A stretch of DNA of 64,000 nt from an uncultured Bacilli bacterium (GCA_944367495.1 CALVWP010000004.1:6202-70201), one strand, 5' to 3'; counted from the stretch's first letter, positions 1 through 11,130 are shown. Program-made: numbers and translations. The notes: a model not told the origin generated them from the letters alone.

Positions 1-193
1 CCTTAAGTTGCCTTTTAATGTGATTTCTAGTCACTGCATTACCTATTTTTTTACCGACAGAAAAACCAAAACGGTAAACTGATGGCTCTTTTTTATCTAT
101 ATATATAATAAAATCTTTATACTTAAATGGCCTATTACTGTTAATAATTCTATTATAGTCTCGATTTTCTTTAACAATATTTATTTTTTTCAC
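1..193 (-). CDS. rnpA: Ribonuclease P protein component, partial (gene 3' end lies beyond the window start)
   Basis: Minus-strand translation from a GTG at 191-193 reads VKKINIVKENRDYNRIINSNRPFKYKDFIIYIDKK...GFSVGKKIGNAVTRNHIKRQLK, the conserved RnpA motif. An AGGTGA RBS sits 7 nt upstream. The position immediately downstream of rpmH is canonical. Confidence 0.75.
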   Translation of the reverse strand, partial: MKKINIVKENRDYNRIINSNRPFKYKDFIIYIDKKEPSVYRFGFSVGKKIGNAVTRNHIKRQLK

Positions 194-245
194 TCATATC
201 ACCTATAAACTACTAATAAAGCCACTGCAAGCCAGCAGTGGCAAA

Positions 246-371
246 TTAATGAGATAATACCTTGCGGCCTTTTTTTCTTCTTCTACTTACAATACCAGCT
301 TTCATTCGCGCAAAAAATCCCATTTTTTTACTTCTTTTACGAGTATTTGGTTGAAATGTTCTTTTTGACAT
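246..371 (-). CDS. rpmH: 50S ribosomal protein L34
   Basis: Minus-strand translation gives [41 protein letters not shown] (41 aa), a typical L34. It is divergent from dnaA as in most bacteria. It is shorter than the 60-aa cutoff, so it is absent from the ORF track. Confidence 0.9.
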   Translation of the reverse strand: MSKRTFQPNTRKRSKKMGFFARMKAGIVSRRRKKGRKVLSH

Positions 372-499
372 GATTACACCTCCTAATTTCTTTTTGCTTA
401 ATAAATTATATAGATAAAACTACTATTTGTCAATTTATCAAACTTTTTTTTGTTAAAAAATCCTCACAATTATATCAAAAAACAATCTAAAAAGCAATA

Positions 500-735
500 G
501 TCATTTTTTCCACAGTAAAAATATTCATTAAATTTATACACATTTAATATCCACATCAATTTTCATTATATTATAAACTAAATTTTTCATTTTTCAACAT
601 ATGTGTAAAAAAATAAAATATACACAAAAGTGCAAAAGTTTTTTTCCACAATTTATGTGGAAATCTAACACAAATCCAAATATTTCGACAAAAAACGGTT
701 GTTTAAAACTTTTTTGACTTTTTCCACAGTTTTTA
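500..735. promoter_or_regulatory. oriC DnaA-box cluster upstream of dnaA, with TTTTCCACA boxes at 506-514, 642-650 and 720-728 and a reverse-oriented TTTCCACAT-like box at about 655-663
   Basis: Repeated 9-mers close to the DnaA-box consensus TTATCCACA lie in an AT-rich non-coding region between rpmH and dnaA. Confidence 0.7.
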
Positions 736-798
736 TAGAAAAAAATGTAAATTTATTGTAAAATGAATATGTAGATTGTTTAATGTGGGGGTAGTAGT

Positions 799-2139
799 AT
801 GGATTTAGAAAACATGTGGTCTGTTTTTTTGTCTAAAATTGAAATAAAATTAAAACCCGTTTTATTTCAAACTTGGTTTCAAGACACTAAATTAATTGAT
901 TTAAATAACGAATTTGCCATAGTTGAAGTTCCATTAGATGTACACAAAAAACATTTAAGTGAAAATTATGGAGAAATAATAAAAGAAACCTTTATGGAAG
1001 TTACTGGATCAATCTTTAAATTTAAATATGTAACACCAGATGAAATAAATGAAGAAAAAATAGAAAATATAAATGATAATAATGATGCAATTTTTGAAAG
1101 TGGATTAGATAATAAATATACTTTCGATAATTTTGTATCAGGTGAAAGCAATAAATTTGCTAAAGCTATTGCTCTAGCCGTAGCCGAAAAACCGGGAGCT
1201 ATGTATAACCCACTTTTCATATATGGTAATAGTGGTCTTGGAAAAACACATTTAATGCATGCGATTGGAAATTACATTATGGCCACATCAAATAAAAAAG
1301 TCTTATATGTTACAAGTGAAAAATTTGTAGATGATTTTTTAAATATTTATAGAAAAAGTGAAACAAGTAATTTCAAAGCTGTGGATAATTTTAAAAAGAA
1401 ATACCGTGACATTGACGTTTTAATGATTGACGATATTCAATATTTAGAAATTGCCAGTAAAACTCAGCAGGAATTTTTCAACACCTTTAACGAATTACAC
1501 AATAAAAATAAACAAATAATTATTTCATCAGATAGATCACCTGACGATTTAAAAAAATTAGAAGATAGACTTAGAACAAGATTTAATTGGGGATTAACAA
1601 TCGATATTTTACCACCAGATTTCGAACTTAGAATGAAAATATTAAACAAAAAAATTGAAGCACAAGGTATTGGTAGTTATGTGCCTGAAGAAGTTAAAGA
1701 ATACATTGCTAATAACTGTCGCACCGATATAAGAAAACTAGAAGGTGCTTTAACTAGAGTATTTGCTTACGCAACAATAATGAATGGTTCAGAAATTACC
1801 TTAGAACTTGCCATAGAATCATTAAAAGATTATATAGGTAAAAATGTCATTTCAAGAAATAAAATAGATCAAGTCATTCAATTAGTAGCCAATAATTATA
1901 ATATTACTGTCGATGACATTAAATCTAAAAAAAGACTCTCAAAAATAGCTGTTCCAAGACAAATAGGCATGTATATCTGTAGGGTTCATCTAAAAGAATC
2001 ATTGCCCAAAATAGGTAGTGAATTTGGTGGTAAAGACCATACTACCGTTATGCATTCCGTTGCCAAAATAAAAAGAGAGTTAAAAAAAGATAAAAATTTA
2101 GAAGTAGAAATTTCAAAAATTATAAATCAAATAAAATAG
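799..2139 (+). CDS. dnaA: Chromosomal replication initiator protein DnaA
   Basis: 446 aa. AAA+ Walker A motif GNSGLGKTHL, C-terminal DnaA-box binding domain, canonical position. Confidence 0.97.
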   Translation: MDLENMWSVFLSKIEIKLKPVLFQTWFQDTKLIDLNNEFAIVEVPLDVHKKHLSENYGEIIKETFMEVTGSIFKFKYVTPDEINEEKIENINDNNDAIFESGLDNKYTFDNFVSGESNKFAKAIALAVAEKPGAMYNPLFIYGNSGLGKTHLMHAIGNYIMATSNKKVLYVTSEKFVDDFLNIYRKSETSNFKAVDNFKKKYRDIDVLMIDDIQYLEIASKTQQEFFNTFNELHNKNKQIIISSDRSPDDLKKLEDRLRTRFNWGLTIDILPPDFELRMKILNKKIEAQGIGSYVPEEVKEYIANNCRTDIRKLEGALTRVFAYATIMNGSEITLELAIESLKDYIGKNVISRNKIDQVIQLVANNYNITVDDIKSKKRLSKIAVPRQIGMYICRVHLKESLPKIGSEFGGKDHTTVMHSVAKIKRELKKDKNLEVEISKIINQIK

Positions 2140-2204
2140 TGTAAAAAAATAAGTTATCAACAATTTTTCAACACCATATAAGTCCTTAAAAAACAATATA
2201 AACA

Positions 2205-2275
2205 TCTACTTTTCCACACTTATCCACACTTATAATAAAAATAAACTATTAAATAAACAAAAAGGAGGAAACAAT
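2205..2275. promoter_or_regulatory. dnaA-dnaN intergenic DnaA boxes (TTTTCCACA at 2210-2218, perfect TTATCCACA at 2220-2228) followed by an AT-rich candidate unwinding element
   Basis: Tandem boxes are directly followed by the run ATAATAAAAATAAACTATTAAATAAACAAAAA. This resembles the incC part of a bipartite Bacillus-type oriC. Confidence 0.6.
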
Positions 2276-3397
2276 ATGAAATTAGAAATAAAACAAAATA
2301 TTCTTTTAGAACATTTAAATTACGTAATAAGAGGAATTTCAAATAAAAATTTAAGACCAATATTAAATTGTATAAAATTTGATCTAACTGACGAAGGTTT
2401 ATATTTAATGAGTACTGATGGAGATATCTCAATAAAAACTTTTATCGATAAAAAATATATAACTAAAATAGACTCTACTGGCGAAATAGTTGTAGCAGGA
2501 AGATATATTTATGATATTATTAGAAAACTACCTAATGAAATTATTAATTTAGAAGAAGTAATAGACTCTAAACTTTATATTACAACTCATAATTCATCAT
2601 TTACATTAAACTGTAGTAATGTTAATGAATTTCCAGACTTAGAATTAGAGTTCAATACTAATCCTATAATTTTAAATCAAAAACTATTTAAGACAATAAT
2701 AAATCAAACTGCTTTTGCAACATCACTTAGTGAATCAAGACCAGCTTTAACCGGTATAAATTTTAAAATAACAAACGATAATTTAGAATGTACTGCTACT
2801 GATTCATACCGCTTAGCTATTAAAAAAATTAAATTAACAAACAATACTGTAGAAAATTCTAATATAATTATTCCAACTAAAAATTTAAATGAACTAGTAA
2901 AACTAATGAACAATGATGAAGATAATATTGAAATGCATATTTTTGCTAATAAAGTAATATTTAAGTTTGATCAAATAACTATGATGACTAGATTAATTAG
3001 TGGTACTTATCCAGATACATCTAAATTAATCCCTACAACCTACGAATTAACCATGAAAGTAAAATATGATGATTTATACAGTGCTATTGATCGTGCCTCT
3101 TTATTAACAAACGAAAGCGATAAAAATACCATTAAATTTGAAACAAATAAAGATATAGCTATTATCTCTTCAAATATTCCAGAAATAGGAAATGTCGAAG
3201 AAAAGATAAACATAGATAAAAATGAAGATAGTGAAATAAAAATCGCTTTTAATTCAAAATTTATGATGGAAGCTGTTAAAGCTTTAGAATCAGAAGAAAT
3301 AGAACTAATGTTTAATGGTGAAATAAAACCAATAATATTAAAAACTGTTGAAAGCGATGATTTAATTCAATTAATCCTACCTATAAGAACTTATTAA
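2276..3397 (+). CDS. dnaN: DNA polymerase III beta sliding clamp
   Basis: 373 aa. Follows dnaA. A GGAGG RBS is present. Confidence 0.95.
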   Translation: MKLEIKQNILLEHLNYVIRGISNKNLRPILNCIKFDLTDEGLYLMSTDGDISIKTFIDKKYITKIDSTGEIVVAGRYIYDIIRKLPNEIINLEEVIDSKLYITTHNSSFTLNCSNVNEFPDLELEFNTNPIILNQKLFKTIINQTAFATSLSESRPALTGINFKITNDNLECTATDSYRLAIKKIKLTNNTVENSNIIIPTKNLNELVKLMNNDEDNIEMHIFANKVIFKFDQITMMTRLISGTYPDTSKLIPTTYELTMKVKYDDLYSAIDRASLLTNESDKNTIKFETNKDIAIISSNIPEIGNVEEKINIDKNEDSEIKIAFNSKFMMEAVKALESEEIELMFNGEIKPIILKTVESDDLIQLILPIRTY

Positions 3398-3412
3398 ATA
3401 GTTCTTTTTTTT
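3386..3412 (+). terminator. Rho-independent terminator after dnaN
   Basis: AGAACT/AGTTCT stem with an 8-nt loop followed by T8. Confidence 0.6.
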
Positions 3413-3499
3413 AAAATTAACCTTTTCTGACAAAATATGGCAAATTTCGACTATTATTAAGAGTATAAGAGAGTTATCTTTTTTTGAAAGGAAGGTTTT

Positions 3500-3949
3500 A
3501 TGCTTAAAGAATTATATGAAATTAATAGCAAAACGTGTGCTCTTGTCCCAAATGATAACATGTCAGCGCAAATCATTGAAGAAAATAATAATTATAATGT
3601 TTTGAATTCTGTTCAAGATATTTTAAATTATAGTTGTTGTTATTATGGTAGCTCTTTTAAAGGTCGCCAAAGTGCTTCAAAATCCATTTTAGGTAGTAAA
3701 TATAAACTTCCTATTATAATAGAAGAAACAAGAGAAATTGTTTTTTTCCCTACTTCATCATATGAAAATAATAACTGTATATGGATTTCTTTAAAAAACA
3801 TTTCTAACTATCAAAAAAGTGGTAATAGAGTCATGGTTATATTTAAAAATAATACATCTATAACCTTAAATATTTCATATGAATCATTTGAAAATCAAGT
3901 ATTAAGAGCAACAAAACTGCTATTAGTTCTAAAAAGTCGCAAAATTTAA
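3500..3949 (+). CDS. comK: ComK-family competence transcription factor (shortened, 149 aa)
   Basis: Blocks YYGSSFKGRQ, LPIIIEETREIVFFPTSSYENNNCIWIS and ISYESFENQVLRATKL match B. subtilis ComK (FFGSSYAGRK, PPIMVDPSNQIFLFPTLSSTRPQCGWIS, ISYNSFENQVYRTAWL). The C-terminal ~40 residues are missing. Confidence 0.7.
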   Translation: MLKELYEINSKTCALVPNDNMSAQIIEENNNYNVLNSVQDILNYSCCYYGSSFKGRQSASKSILGSKYKLPIIIEETREIVFFPTSSYENNNCIWISLKNISNYQKSGNRVMVIFKNNTSITLNISYESFENQVLRATKLLLVLKSRKI

Positions 3950-4000
3950 TTTAAAATAGCCTAAATATAGGCTATTTCTGCTTAAAAAAGCCTATTTTGT

Positions 4001-4016
4001 GATATAATGGTTATGA
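4001..4016 (+). promoter_or_regulatory. Extended -10 promoter element (TGTGATATAAT) upstream of recF
   Basis: TGnTATAAT motif about 70 nt upstream of the recF start. Confidence 0.35.
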
Positions 4017-4084
4017 GGTATAGGAGTATGTAAAACACTATAATGATTAAAATAGTAGCACCTAAATAGTAAGTGAGGTAAATC

Positions 4085-5203
4085 ATGATAATAAAAACTC
4101 TTGAAATCAAAAATTTTCGAAACTACTCTTCCTTGCTTTTAAATCTATCTGATAAATTAAATATAATTTATGGACTTAATGGACAAGGAAAGACTAATTT
4201 GTTAGAAAGTATATATTTATTAGGTTTTACCACATCTCACCGCTCATTTACATCTGACAATTTAATCAAATCAGGTGAAGAAAAAGCTATTATTAAAGGT
4301 AAATTACAGAAAGATATTTCCTATAATTTAGAAATAAATCTAATGAAAACAAAAAAACAAGTAAAAATTGATGGCAAAATTCAAACAAAATTATCAAACT
4401 ACATTGAAAAAATGAATGTCATAATTTTTTCTTCTGAAGATTTAAATTTAATAAAAGGAAATCCAAATGAAAGAAGAAAATATTTTAATTTGGAATTATC
4501 ACAAATTTCACCCAATTATTATAGTGCTTTAAATGATTATAATAAACTTTTAAAATTGCGAAATGAATATTTAAAAGAATTAAATTTAAATATGCCTATC
4601 GATTTAAACTATTTTAATATTTTAACTGATTATTTAATAAATAAAAGTATTTTTATTTATCAAATGCGTAACAAATATGTGGAAAAGCTAAATAAAATCT
4701 GTCCACCTATCTTTGAAGAAATTGCCGGTATAAAAGGGTTTAATATAAAATATCATCCTTCTATAAATTTGGAAAATTTTGACAAAGAAACCATTAAAAA
4801 AACGTTAGAAAAAGCTTATAAAGATCATTTAGATAAAGAAATACGCTTTAAATCGACATTATATGGCCCTCACAGAGATGATTTTACTTTTGATATAGAT
4901 GATAACAACTTAAGAGAATTTGGCTCTCAGGGGCAGCAAAAAATGGCTATAATAGCTTTAAAATTATCTGAGATAGAAATTTTAAAAGATTTTAAAAGGA
5001 CAAATCCAATCATTTTATTAGATGACATCTTCAGTGATTTAGATAGTAATAAAAAAAACAATCTTTTAAAACATATAACAGGTGATATGCAAGTAATAAT
5101 TACAACAACTGATTTAGACAGCATTGATAAAAAACTCCTAACCACAGCTAAACTCATCCATATAGAAAATGGAAAAATCAAGGAAACAGAGGTGGAAAAA
5201 TGA
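4085..5203 (+). CDS. recF: DNA replication and repair protein RecF
   Basis: 372 aa. Walker A motif [12 protein letters not shown]. In the dnaN-recF-gyrB synteny. Confidence 0.93.
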   Translation: MIIKTLEIKNFRNYSSLLLNLSDKLNIIYGLNGQGKTNLLESIYLLGFTTSHRSFTSDNLIKSGEEKAIIKGKLQKDISYNLEINLMKTKKQVKIDGKIQTKLSNYIEKMNVIIFSSEDLNLIKGNPNERRKYFNLELSQISPNYYSALNDYNKLLKLRNEYLKELNLNMPIDLNYFNILTDYLINKSIFIYQMRNKYVEKLNKICPPIFEEIAGIKGFNIKYHPSINLENFDKETIKKTLEKAYKDHLDKEIRFKSTLYGPHRDDFTFDIDDNNLREFGSQGQQKMAIIALKLSEIEILKDFKRTNPIILLDDIFSDLDSNKKNNLLKHITGDMQVIITTTDLDSIDKKLLTTAKLIHIENGKIKETEVEK

Positions 5204-7125
5204 ACGAAAACAATGAACACTACGATGTCTCCGATATACAAGTTTTAGAAGGCTTAGAAGCTGTTAGAAAAAGACCAGGAATGTATATTGGAACAACTGA
5301 TGTTAAAGGACTTCATCATTTAGTATGGGAAATCGTTGATAACAGTATTGATGAAGCCCTAGCGGGCTTTTGTGATGCGATTGAAATCGTTATCAATAAA
5401 GGTAATTCTATAACTGTAAAAGATAATGGTCGTGGAATTCCTGTGGGAATTCACCCTAAGACAGGCTTATCAACGGTTGAAACTGTTTATACTGTTCTCC
5501 ATGCCGGTGGTAAATTCGGTGGTGGCGGGTATAAAGTTTCTGGTGGACTCCACGGTGTTGGAGCATCTGTCGTTAATGCCTTATCTAGCTGGACTGTTGT
5601 AACAGTTTATCATGGTGGCCAAATCTATGAAGCCAAATTTAAAAATGGTGGACACATTGATCAAAAATTAACTGTTATTGGTGAGTGCGATCCAAATAGA
5701 ACTGGAACAACCGTTACTTTTAAACCAGACGCCGATATTTTTGATACAGATATTTTTGATTATGAAACATTAAAAGTCAGAACTAGAGAATTAGCTTTCT
5801 TAAATAGAGGCTTAAAATTAACTTTAAGAGATGACAGAGATGAAGAAGATACAACTGGAGAAACCTTTCATTATGAAGGTGGAATAAGTGAATATGTTAA
5901 ATATTTAAATAAAAATAAAACGCCAATTCAAAATGATATTATTCACCTAGAAGGTGAAGATGAAGGTGTTTTCTTCGAAGTTGCAATGCAGTACAATACT
6001 GGTTACACAAGTAATATTTATTCTTTTGTAAATAATATCAATACTCATGATGGTGGAACTCATGAAGAAGGAGTTAGAAGAGCTCTAACTAGAGTAATTA
6101 ATAGTTATGCCAGGAAAACAGGCATGTTAAAAGAAAAAGATGATTCATTAAGTGGTGACGATGTTAAAGAAGGCTTAACTATGATTGTTTCTTGTAAACA
6201 TCCAAATCCTCAATTTGAAGGTCAAACTAAGGGACGTTTAGGTAATTCTGAAGTTAGAAAACTAGCTGATAAAGTATTTTCAGAAGGTTTTGAAAGATAT
6301 TTATTAGAAAATCCTGACGAAGCTAAAATTATCATTGAAAAAAATATGACTGCCGCTCGTGCTAGAGTTGCTGCCAAAAAAGCTAGAGAATTAACTAGAA
6401 GAAAAAGTGATTTAGACGTTATAAATTTTGGTGGAAAACTAGTAGATTGTAAAGATAAAGATCCATCAAAATGTGAAATTTTCTTAGTCGAGGGAGATTC
6501 AGCTGGCGGGTCAGCTATAAAAGGTAGAGATTCCATGACTCAAGCTATTTTACCTCTTAGAGGAAAAATTTTAAATGTGGAAAAAGCTAGATTAGATAGA
6601 GCCCTATCTAATGAAGAAATAAGAACAATCATCACGGCTTTTGGTACTGGAATAGGTCAAGAATTTGACTTGAATAAACTAAGATATCATAAAATAATAA
6701 TCATGACCGATGCCGATGTTGATGGTTCACACATTAGAGTATTATTACTTACCCTATTTTATCGTTTCTTTAGACCTATTATTGAAGCTGGGCATGTCTA
6801 TGCCGCTCAGCCACCACTTTTCTGCATTAAACATGGAAAAACTATTAAATATGTCTTAAACGAAGAGGAAAGAGATTCATATCTAGCTTCTTTAAACCCA
6901 AATACTAAATATGATTTAATGCGTATGAAAGGTTTAGGTGAAATGGATGCTGAAGAATTAAATGAAACAACCATGGACATAAATACAAGAGTTCTTAGAA
7001 AAATCACACTAGACGATGTTATGGCAGCCGATGAAGCATTTTCAAAACTTATGGGAGAAGAAGTTGCACCAAGAAGAAAATTTATCGAAGAAAATGCTGT
7101 TTATGCTGAAACAATAGATGTATAG
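5200..7125 (+). CDS. gyrB: DNA gyrase subunit B
   Basis: 641 aa. GHKL ATPase and Toprim motifs. Overlaps the recF stop. Confidence 0.97.
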   Translation: MNENNEHYDVSDIQVLEGLEAVRKRPGMYIGTTDVKGLHHLVWEIVDNSIDEALAGFCDAIEIVINKGNSITVKDNGRGIPVGIHPKTGLSTVETVYTVLHAGGKFGGGGYKVSGGLHGVGASVVNALSSWTVVTVYHGGQIYEAKFKNGGHIDQKLTVIGECDPNRTGTTVTFKPDADIFDTDIFDYETLKVRTRELAFLNRGLKLTLRDDRDEEDTTGETFHYEGGISEYVKYLNKNKTPIQNDIIHLEGEDEGVFFEVAMQYNTGYTSNIYSFVNNINTHDGGTHEEGVRRALTRVINSYARKTGMLKEKDDSLSGDDVKEGLTMIVSCKHPNPQFEGQTKGRLGNSEVRKLADKVFSEGFERYLLENPDEAKIIIEKNMTAARARVAAKKARELTRRKSDLDVINFGGKLVDCKDKDPSKCEIFLVEGDSAGGSAIKGRDSMTQAILPLRGKILNVEKARLDRALSNEEIRTIITAFGTGIGQEFDLNKLRYHKIIIMTDADVDGSHIRVLLLTLFYRFFRPIIEAGHVYAAQPPLFCIKHGKTIKYVLNEEERDSYLASLNPNTKYDLMRMKGLGEMDAEELNETTMDINTRVLRKITLDDVMAADEAFSKLMGEEVAPRRKFIEENAVYAETIDV

Positions 7126-7135
7126 GAGGTAACAT

Positions 7136-9586
7136 ATGGATCACACAAGAGATAGATTAGAAGAAAATAATATAGTTAATGAAATTGAAAGCTCATTTAT
7201 TGAATATTCCATGAGTGTTATTAAGTCAAGAGCGCTTCCAGATTTGCGAGACGGACTTAAGCCTGTACATCGTCGTATATTATATTCAATGTATGAATCT
7301 GGTTACACTCCAGATAAACCACATAAGAAAAGTGCGCGTATAGTTGGAGATGTCATGGGTAAATATCACCCACATGGTGATTCAAGTATCTATGAAGCTA
7401 TGGTTCGTATGGCTCAAGATTTTAGCTATCGTTACATGTTAGTTGATGGTCACGGTAACTTTGGAAACATTGAAGGTTACGGTGCCGCAGCCATGCGTTA
7501 TACTGAATCAAGATTATCAAAAATTTCTTTAGAGTTATTAAGAGATATTAATAAAAACACAGTGGATTTTGTTCCAAACTTTGACGAATCTGAAAAAGAA
7601 CCATCTATTCTACCATCTAGATTTCCAAATATATTAGTAAATGGTACCATGGGAATTGCCGTTGGTATGGCAACAAATATTCCACCACATAACTTAGGGG
7701 AAGTAATTGACGGTTGTATCGCCTATATAGATAATCCAGATATAGATGTGGATGGCTTAATGCATTATATCAAAGGGCCAGATTTTCCAACTGGTGCGAC
7801 AATATTAGGTAATAGTGGTATCAAAAAAGCTTATGAAACCGGCCGTGGAACAATCACCATTAGAAGTAAAGCTACCATTGAAGAAAAAAATGGTCGTCAT
7901 TATATAATTATCGACGAAGTGCCTTATGGTGTAAATACTTCAGATTTAAAGGACAAAGTTGCCGAACTAGTTCATACAAAAGTAATTGATGGTATTTCCG
8001 ATTACCACACAGATTTAAAAAATGGCATTAAAATAACCATTACCTTGAAAAAAGATGCCAATCCTCAAGTTGTTTTAAATAACTTATATAAACATACTCA
8101 GTTTCAAACAACATATGGAATTATTCTTTTAATGTTAGATAATAACACACCAAGAACATTAGGATTAAAAAAAATTATATCTAAATACATTGATTATCAA
8201 AAGGAAGTAATTATTCGAAGAACAAAATTCGACTTAGATAAAGCCGAAAAAAGAGTTCACATTTTAGAAGGGTATAAAATAGCTTTAGATAATATTGATG
8301 ACTTTATCAAAATTATCAAAGAAGCTAAAACTGATACCGAAGCTAAAGCTAAATTAGTAGAAAAATATAAATTAACAGAAACCCAAGCAGAAGCTATACT
8401 TGAATTAAAATTACGTAGATTAACTGGTTTAGAAAGAGAAAAAATAGAATCTGAATTAAAAGATTTATTAGAAAAAATAAAATATTATAATGAAATTCTT
8501 GCTTCAGAAGCCAAAGTGCTAGAAATAATTAAAAAAGAAATGTTAGAAATAAAAAATAAATATGGCGATGAAAGAAGAACAAACATCGATATGACAGCTA
8601 TTGATTATATTGAAGATGAATCATTAATTCCTGTGGAAAACATCGTAGTAACTTTAACCAATAAAGGTTATATTAAAAGAATGACCAGTGAAACATATAA
8701 AGCTCAAAATCGTGGTGGAGTTGGTATCAAAGGAATGACCACCAACGAAAATGATTTTGTGGAAAAAATCATCTCCATGACCACCCATGATTATCTAATG
8801 TTCTTTACCAATAAGGGTAAAGTTTACAGAGTAAAAGGTTATGAAATTCCGCAATATAGTCGTCAATCGAAAGGTCTTCCAATCATAAATCTTCTTCCTT
8901 TTGAAAAAAATGAAGAAGTAACAGCCATGTTAAAAATCAATCAAAATGAAGACAGCCATAATATTGTATTTTGTACACAAAACGGTCTAATAAAAAGAAC
9001 AGCCATAGAAGAATTCAAAAATATAAGAAAAAGTGGAAAAATAGCTATTTCTTTAAAAGATGACGATCAATTAATATCTGTCAAAAAAACAACTGGTGAA
9101 AATGAAATCGTTATTGCCGCCTCAAATGGTCGCATGATTAGATTTAATGAGCAAGAAATTAGAATAATGGGTAGATCAGCATCAGGTGTAAAAGGAATAG
9201 AATTAGGTAATGCCAAATGTGTTGGATGTGAAATTGCCGATTCTAATAGTCAAATATTAGTTGTAACAGAAAAAGGCTATGGAAAACGTACAAACATCAA
9301 CGAATACCGTATGACCCATCGTGGAAGTAAAGGAGTAAAAGCCTTAAATATAACTGACAAAAACGGAAACATAGTATCATTTAAAATAGTAAACGGCGAT
9401 GAAGATCTTATGATAATAACAAACAGCGGAATCATTATCAGACTTCCAATTGAACAAATTTCTACAACAGGTAGAATTGCTCAAGGAGTAAGATTAATTA
9501 ATTTAAAAGATAATCAAACTGTTAGTAGTATTGCCTTATTGTCTAAAGAAGAAGCTGACGAAGATCAAGATAATTTAGAAAATTAA
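7136..9586 (+). CDS. gyrA: DNA gyrase subunit A
   Basis: 816 aa. Active-site region AAMRYTE and C-terminal beta-pinwheel repeats. Confidence 0.97.
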   Translation: MDHTRDRLEENNIVNEIESSFIEYSMSVIKSRALPDLRDGLKPVHRRILYSMYESGYTPDKPHKKSARIVGDVMGKYHPHGDSSIYEAMVRMAQDFSYRYMLVDGHGNFGNIEGYGAAAMRYTESRLSKISLELLRDINKNTVDFVPNFDESEKEPSILPSRFPNILVNGTMGIAVGMATNIPPHNLGEVIDGCIAYIDNPDIDVDGLMHYIKGPDFPTGATILGNSGIKKAYETGRGTITIRSKATIEEKNGRHYIIIDEVPYGVNTSDLKDKVAELVHTKVIDGISDYHTDLKNGIKITITLKKDANPQVVLNNLYKHTQFQTTYGIILLMLDNNTPRTLGLKKIISKYIDYQKEVIIRRTKFDLDKAEKRVHILEGYKIALDNIDDFIKIIKEAKTDTEAKAKLVEKYKLTETQAEAILELKLRRLTGLEREKIESELKDLLEKIKYYNEILASEAKVLEIIKKEMLEIKNKYGDERRTNIDMTAIDYIEDESLIPVENIVVTLTNKGYIKRMTSETYKAQNRGGVGIKGMTTNENDFVEKIISMTTHDYLMFFTNKGKVYRVKGYEIPQYSRQSKGLPIINLLPFEKNEEVTAMLKINQNEDSHNIVFCTQNGLIKRTAIEEFKNIRKSGKIAISLKDDDQLISVKKTTGENEIVIAASNGRMIRFNEQEIRIMGRSASGVKGIELGNAKCVGCEIADSNSQILVVTEKGYGKRTNINEYRMTHRGSKGVKALNITDKNGNIVSFKIVNGDEDLMIITNSGIIIRLPIEQISTTGRIAQGVRLINLKDNQTVSSIALLSKEEADEDQDNLEN

Positions 9587-9589
9587 CTA

Positions 9590-9607
9590 ATGTTTCACGT
9601 GAAACAT
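9590..9607. promoter_or_regulatory. parS site 1 (4 bp after the gyrA stop)
   Basis: Exact ATGTTTCACGTGAAACAT. Confidence 0.8.
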
Positions 9608-9615
9608 TGGATCAA

Positions 9616-9651
9616 AGACTGTAATAATTTAGTTTGTTACAGTCTTTTTTC
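9616..9651 (+). terminator. Rho-independent terminator downstream of gyrA
   Basis: 9-bp stem AGACTGTAA/TTACAGTCT with a 12-nt loop followed by TTTTTT. It lies between parS copies 1 and 2. Confidence 0.6.
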
Positions 9652-9663
9652 ATAAAAAAAGCT

Positions 9664-9681
9664 ATGTTTCACGTGAAACAT
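9664..9681. promoter_or_regulatory. parS site 2
   Basis: Exact palindrome. Confidence 0.8.
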
Positions 9682-9774
9682 AGCTACAAATGAATTAAAA
9701 TCGCAACAAACATATAAAATAGTATAATTTATATAAAGTTTAAAGAACTAAAAATAATGTAATTTGTATTTTCA

Positions 9775-9792
9775 ATGTTTCACGTGAAACAT
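9775..9792. promoter_or_regulatory. parS site 3
   Basis: Exact palindrome. Confidence 0.8.
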
Positions 9793-9845
9793 TGAACTAA
9801 ACTCCAAATAATTTATAAGATTCAATCATTTTTATAAAAACACCT

Positions 9846-9863
9846 ATGTTTCACGTGAAACAT
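9846..9863. promoter_or_regulatory. parS site 4
   Basis: Exact palindrome. Confidence 0.8.
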
Positions 9864-10078
9864 AGAAATAAAAAGATAAAAAAATGTAGAAATAAATAAC
9901 CATATTTAAAAGATTTTTACATTTATAAGGACAAAGAATAAAACACTTTATAAATAATATATTAATTAGAAATATTAAAAGTATAGAATTTTTTAATTTT
10001 GTTACAAGAAAAATTATTGTTAAAATAATCTTATTCACTTTAATATATTTTATAATAAAATATTTTTCCACAGCAGTA

Positions 10079-10096
10079 ATGTTTCACGTGAAACAT
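10079..10096. promoter_or_regulatory. parS site 5, immediately preceded by the DnaA-box 9-mer TTTTCCACA at 10064-10072
   Basis: Exact palindrome. Confidence 0.8.
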
Positions 10097-10209
10097 AGTA
10101 ATAAAAAAGTAATGAAACATCAAATATTCTTAAACATTTAAATTTATTAAAAGAAATGGTGTTATGGTAATATTTTATAAATACCGCCTATGCTTTTAAA
10201 AGTTATCCG

Positions 10210-10227
10210 ATGTTTCACGTGAAACAT
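10210..10227. promoter_or_regulatory. parS site 6
   Basis: Exact palindrome. TTATCCGAT precedes it. Confidence 0.8.
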
Positions 10228-10442
10228 TGCTAAAATTAGTATAAATAATTATAAAATCATTAAAAATGTTTATATTATTAAGAGAAAAAGTTAAAAATAT
10301 AGAAGATTTAATATAATTTAAAGAAAATAAATATAATAAAATTAAGTAGTAAAATTATTATGTTTATTCTATATTATTAAAATAGCATTGCTTACTTTAA
10401 ATATCTCTAGTTTTTATATAAAAATATTTTTCCACAGCAGTA

Positions 10443-10460
10443 ATGTTTCACGTGAAACAT
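10443..10460. promoter_or_regulatory. parS site 7, preceded by TTTTCCACA at 10427-10435
   Basis: Exact palindrome. Confidence 0.8.
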
Positions 10461-10574
10461 AGTGATAAAAAAGTAATGAACACCAAATCTTCTTAAAACA
10501 TTTAAATTTATTAAAAGAAAAAATAATTATGGCAATATTTTATAAATACTGTCTATGCTTTTAAAAGTTATCCA

Positions 10575-10592
10575 ATGTTTCACGTGAAACAT
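10575..10592. promoter_or_regulatory. parS site 8
   Basis: Exact palindrome. TTATCCAAT precedes it. Confidence 0.8.
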
Positions 10593-10745
10593 TAGACTAG
10601 AAAGCACAAAAATAAAGCAGCAAACAAAAACCACATAGCTCAAAAGAAAATATGCTAAAATATATCTTATGTTTTGAATGATGGTTTAAAGTAACTCTAA
10701 TATAATTAATAAATCAAAAAATAAGTTTATTTTATCTATATCAGC

Positions 10746-10763
10746 AATGTTTCACGTGAAACA
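10746..10763. promoter_or_regulatory. parS site 9
   Basis: Exact palindrome. Confidence 0.8.
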
Positions 10764-10980
10764 TTGCTAAAAATTAGTATAAATAATTATAAAATCATTA
10801 AAAATGTTTATATTATTAAGAGAAAAAGTTAAAAATATAGAAGATTTAATATAATTTAAAGAAAATAAGTATAATAAAATTAAGTAGTAAAATTATTATG
10901 TTCATTCTATATTATTAAAATAGCATTGCTTACTTTAAGTATCTCTAGTTTTCATATAAAAATATTTTTCCACAGCAGCA

Positions 10981-10998
10981 ATGTTTCACGTGAAACAT
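10981..10998. promoter_or_regulatory. parS site 10, preceded by TTTTCCACA at 10966-10974
   Basis: Exact palindrome. Confidence 0.8.
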
Positions 10999-11112
10999 AG
11001 TGATAAAAAAGTGATGAACACCAAATTTTCTTAAAACATTTAAATTTATTAAAAGAAAAAATAATTATGGCAATATTTTATAAATACTGTCTATGCTTTT
11101 AAAAGTTATCCA

Positions 11113-11130
11113 ATGTTTCACGTGAAACAT
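11113..11130. promoter_or_regulatory. parS site 11
   Basis: Exact palindrome. Confidence 0.8.

Larger units (their letters stand above)
10046..10227. repeat. Partial (3' ~180 bp) copy A of the same repeat unit, abutting copy B through a shared parS
   Basis: Aligns to the 3' portion of copies B and C, including the TTTTCCACAGCAG-parS segment. Confidence 0.75.
10210..10592. repeat. ~383-bp direct repeat unit, copy B (parS - DnaA box - parS - parS)
   Basis: About 98% identical to 10746-11130, with roughly 8 substitutions or indels by eye. Confidence 0.85.
10746..11130. repeat. ~385-bp direct repeat unit, copy C
   Basis: Near-identical to 10210-10592. The two copies are separated by a 153-bp spacer. 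Confidence 0.85.

Noticed and set aside
966-7007. Multiple short antisense ORFs in the track (for example 966-1220, 1464-1649, 2704-2913, 4927-5241, 6222-6536 and 6807-7007, all minus strand).
   Set aside because: Each is fully embedded antisense within a well-supported conserved gene (dnaA, dnaN, recF or gyrB) and shows no conserved motifs. Similar embedded ORFs elsewhere (inside mfd, ppaC, abgT, mbl and others) were rejected for the same reason.
9844-10071. 75-aa minus-strand ORF from the six-frame track inside the parS array.
   Set aside because: It lies wholly within AT-rich repeat DNA, lacks an RBS, and has low-complexity Ile/Leu/Phe-rich composition typical of spurious ORFs in AT-rich sequence.
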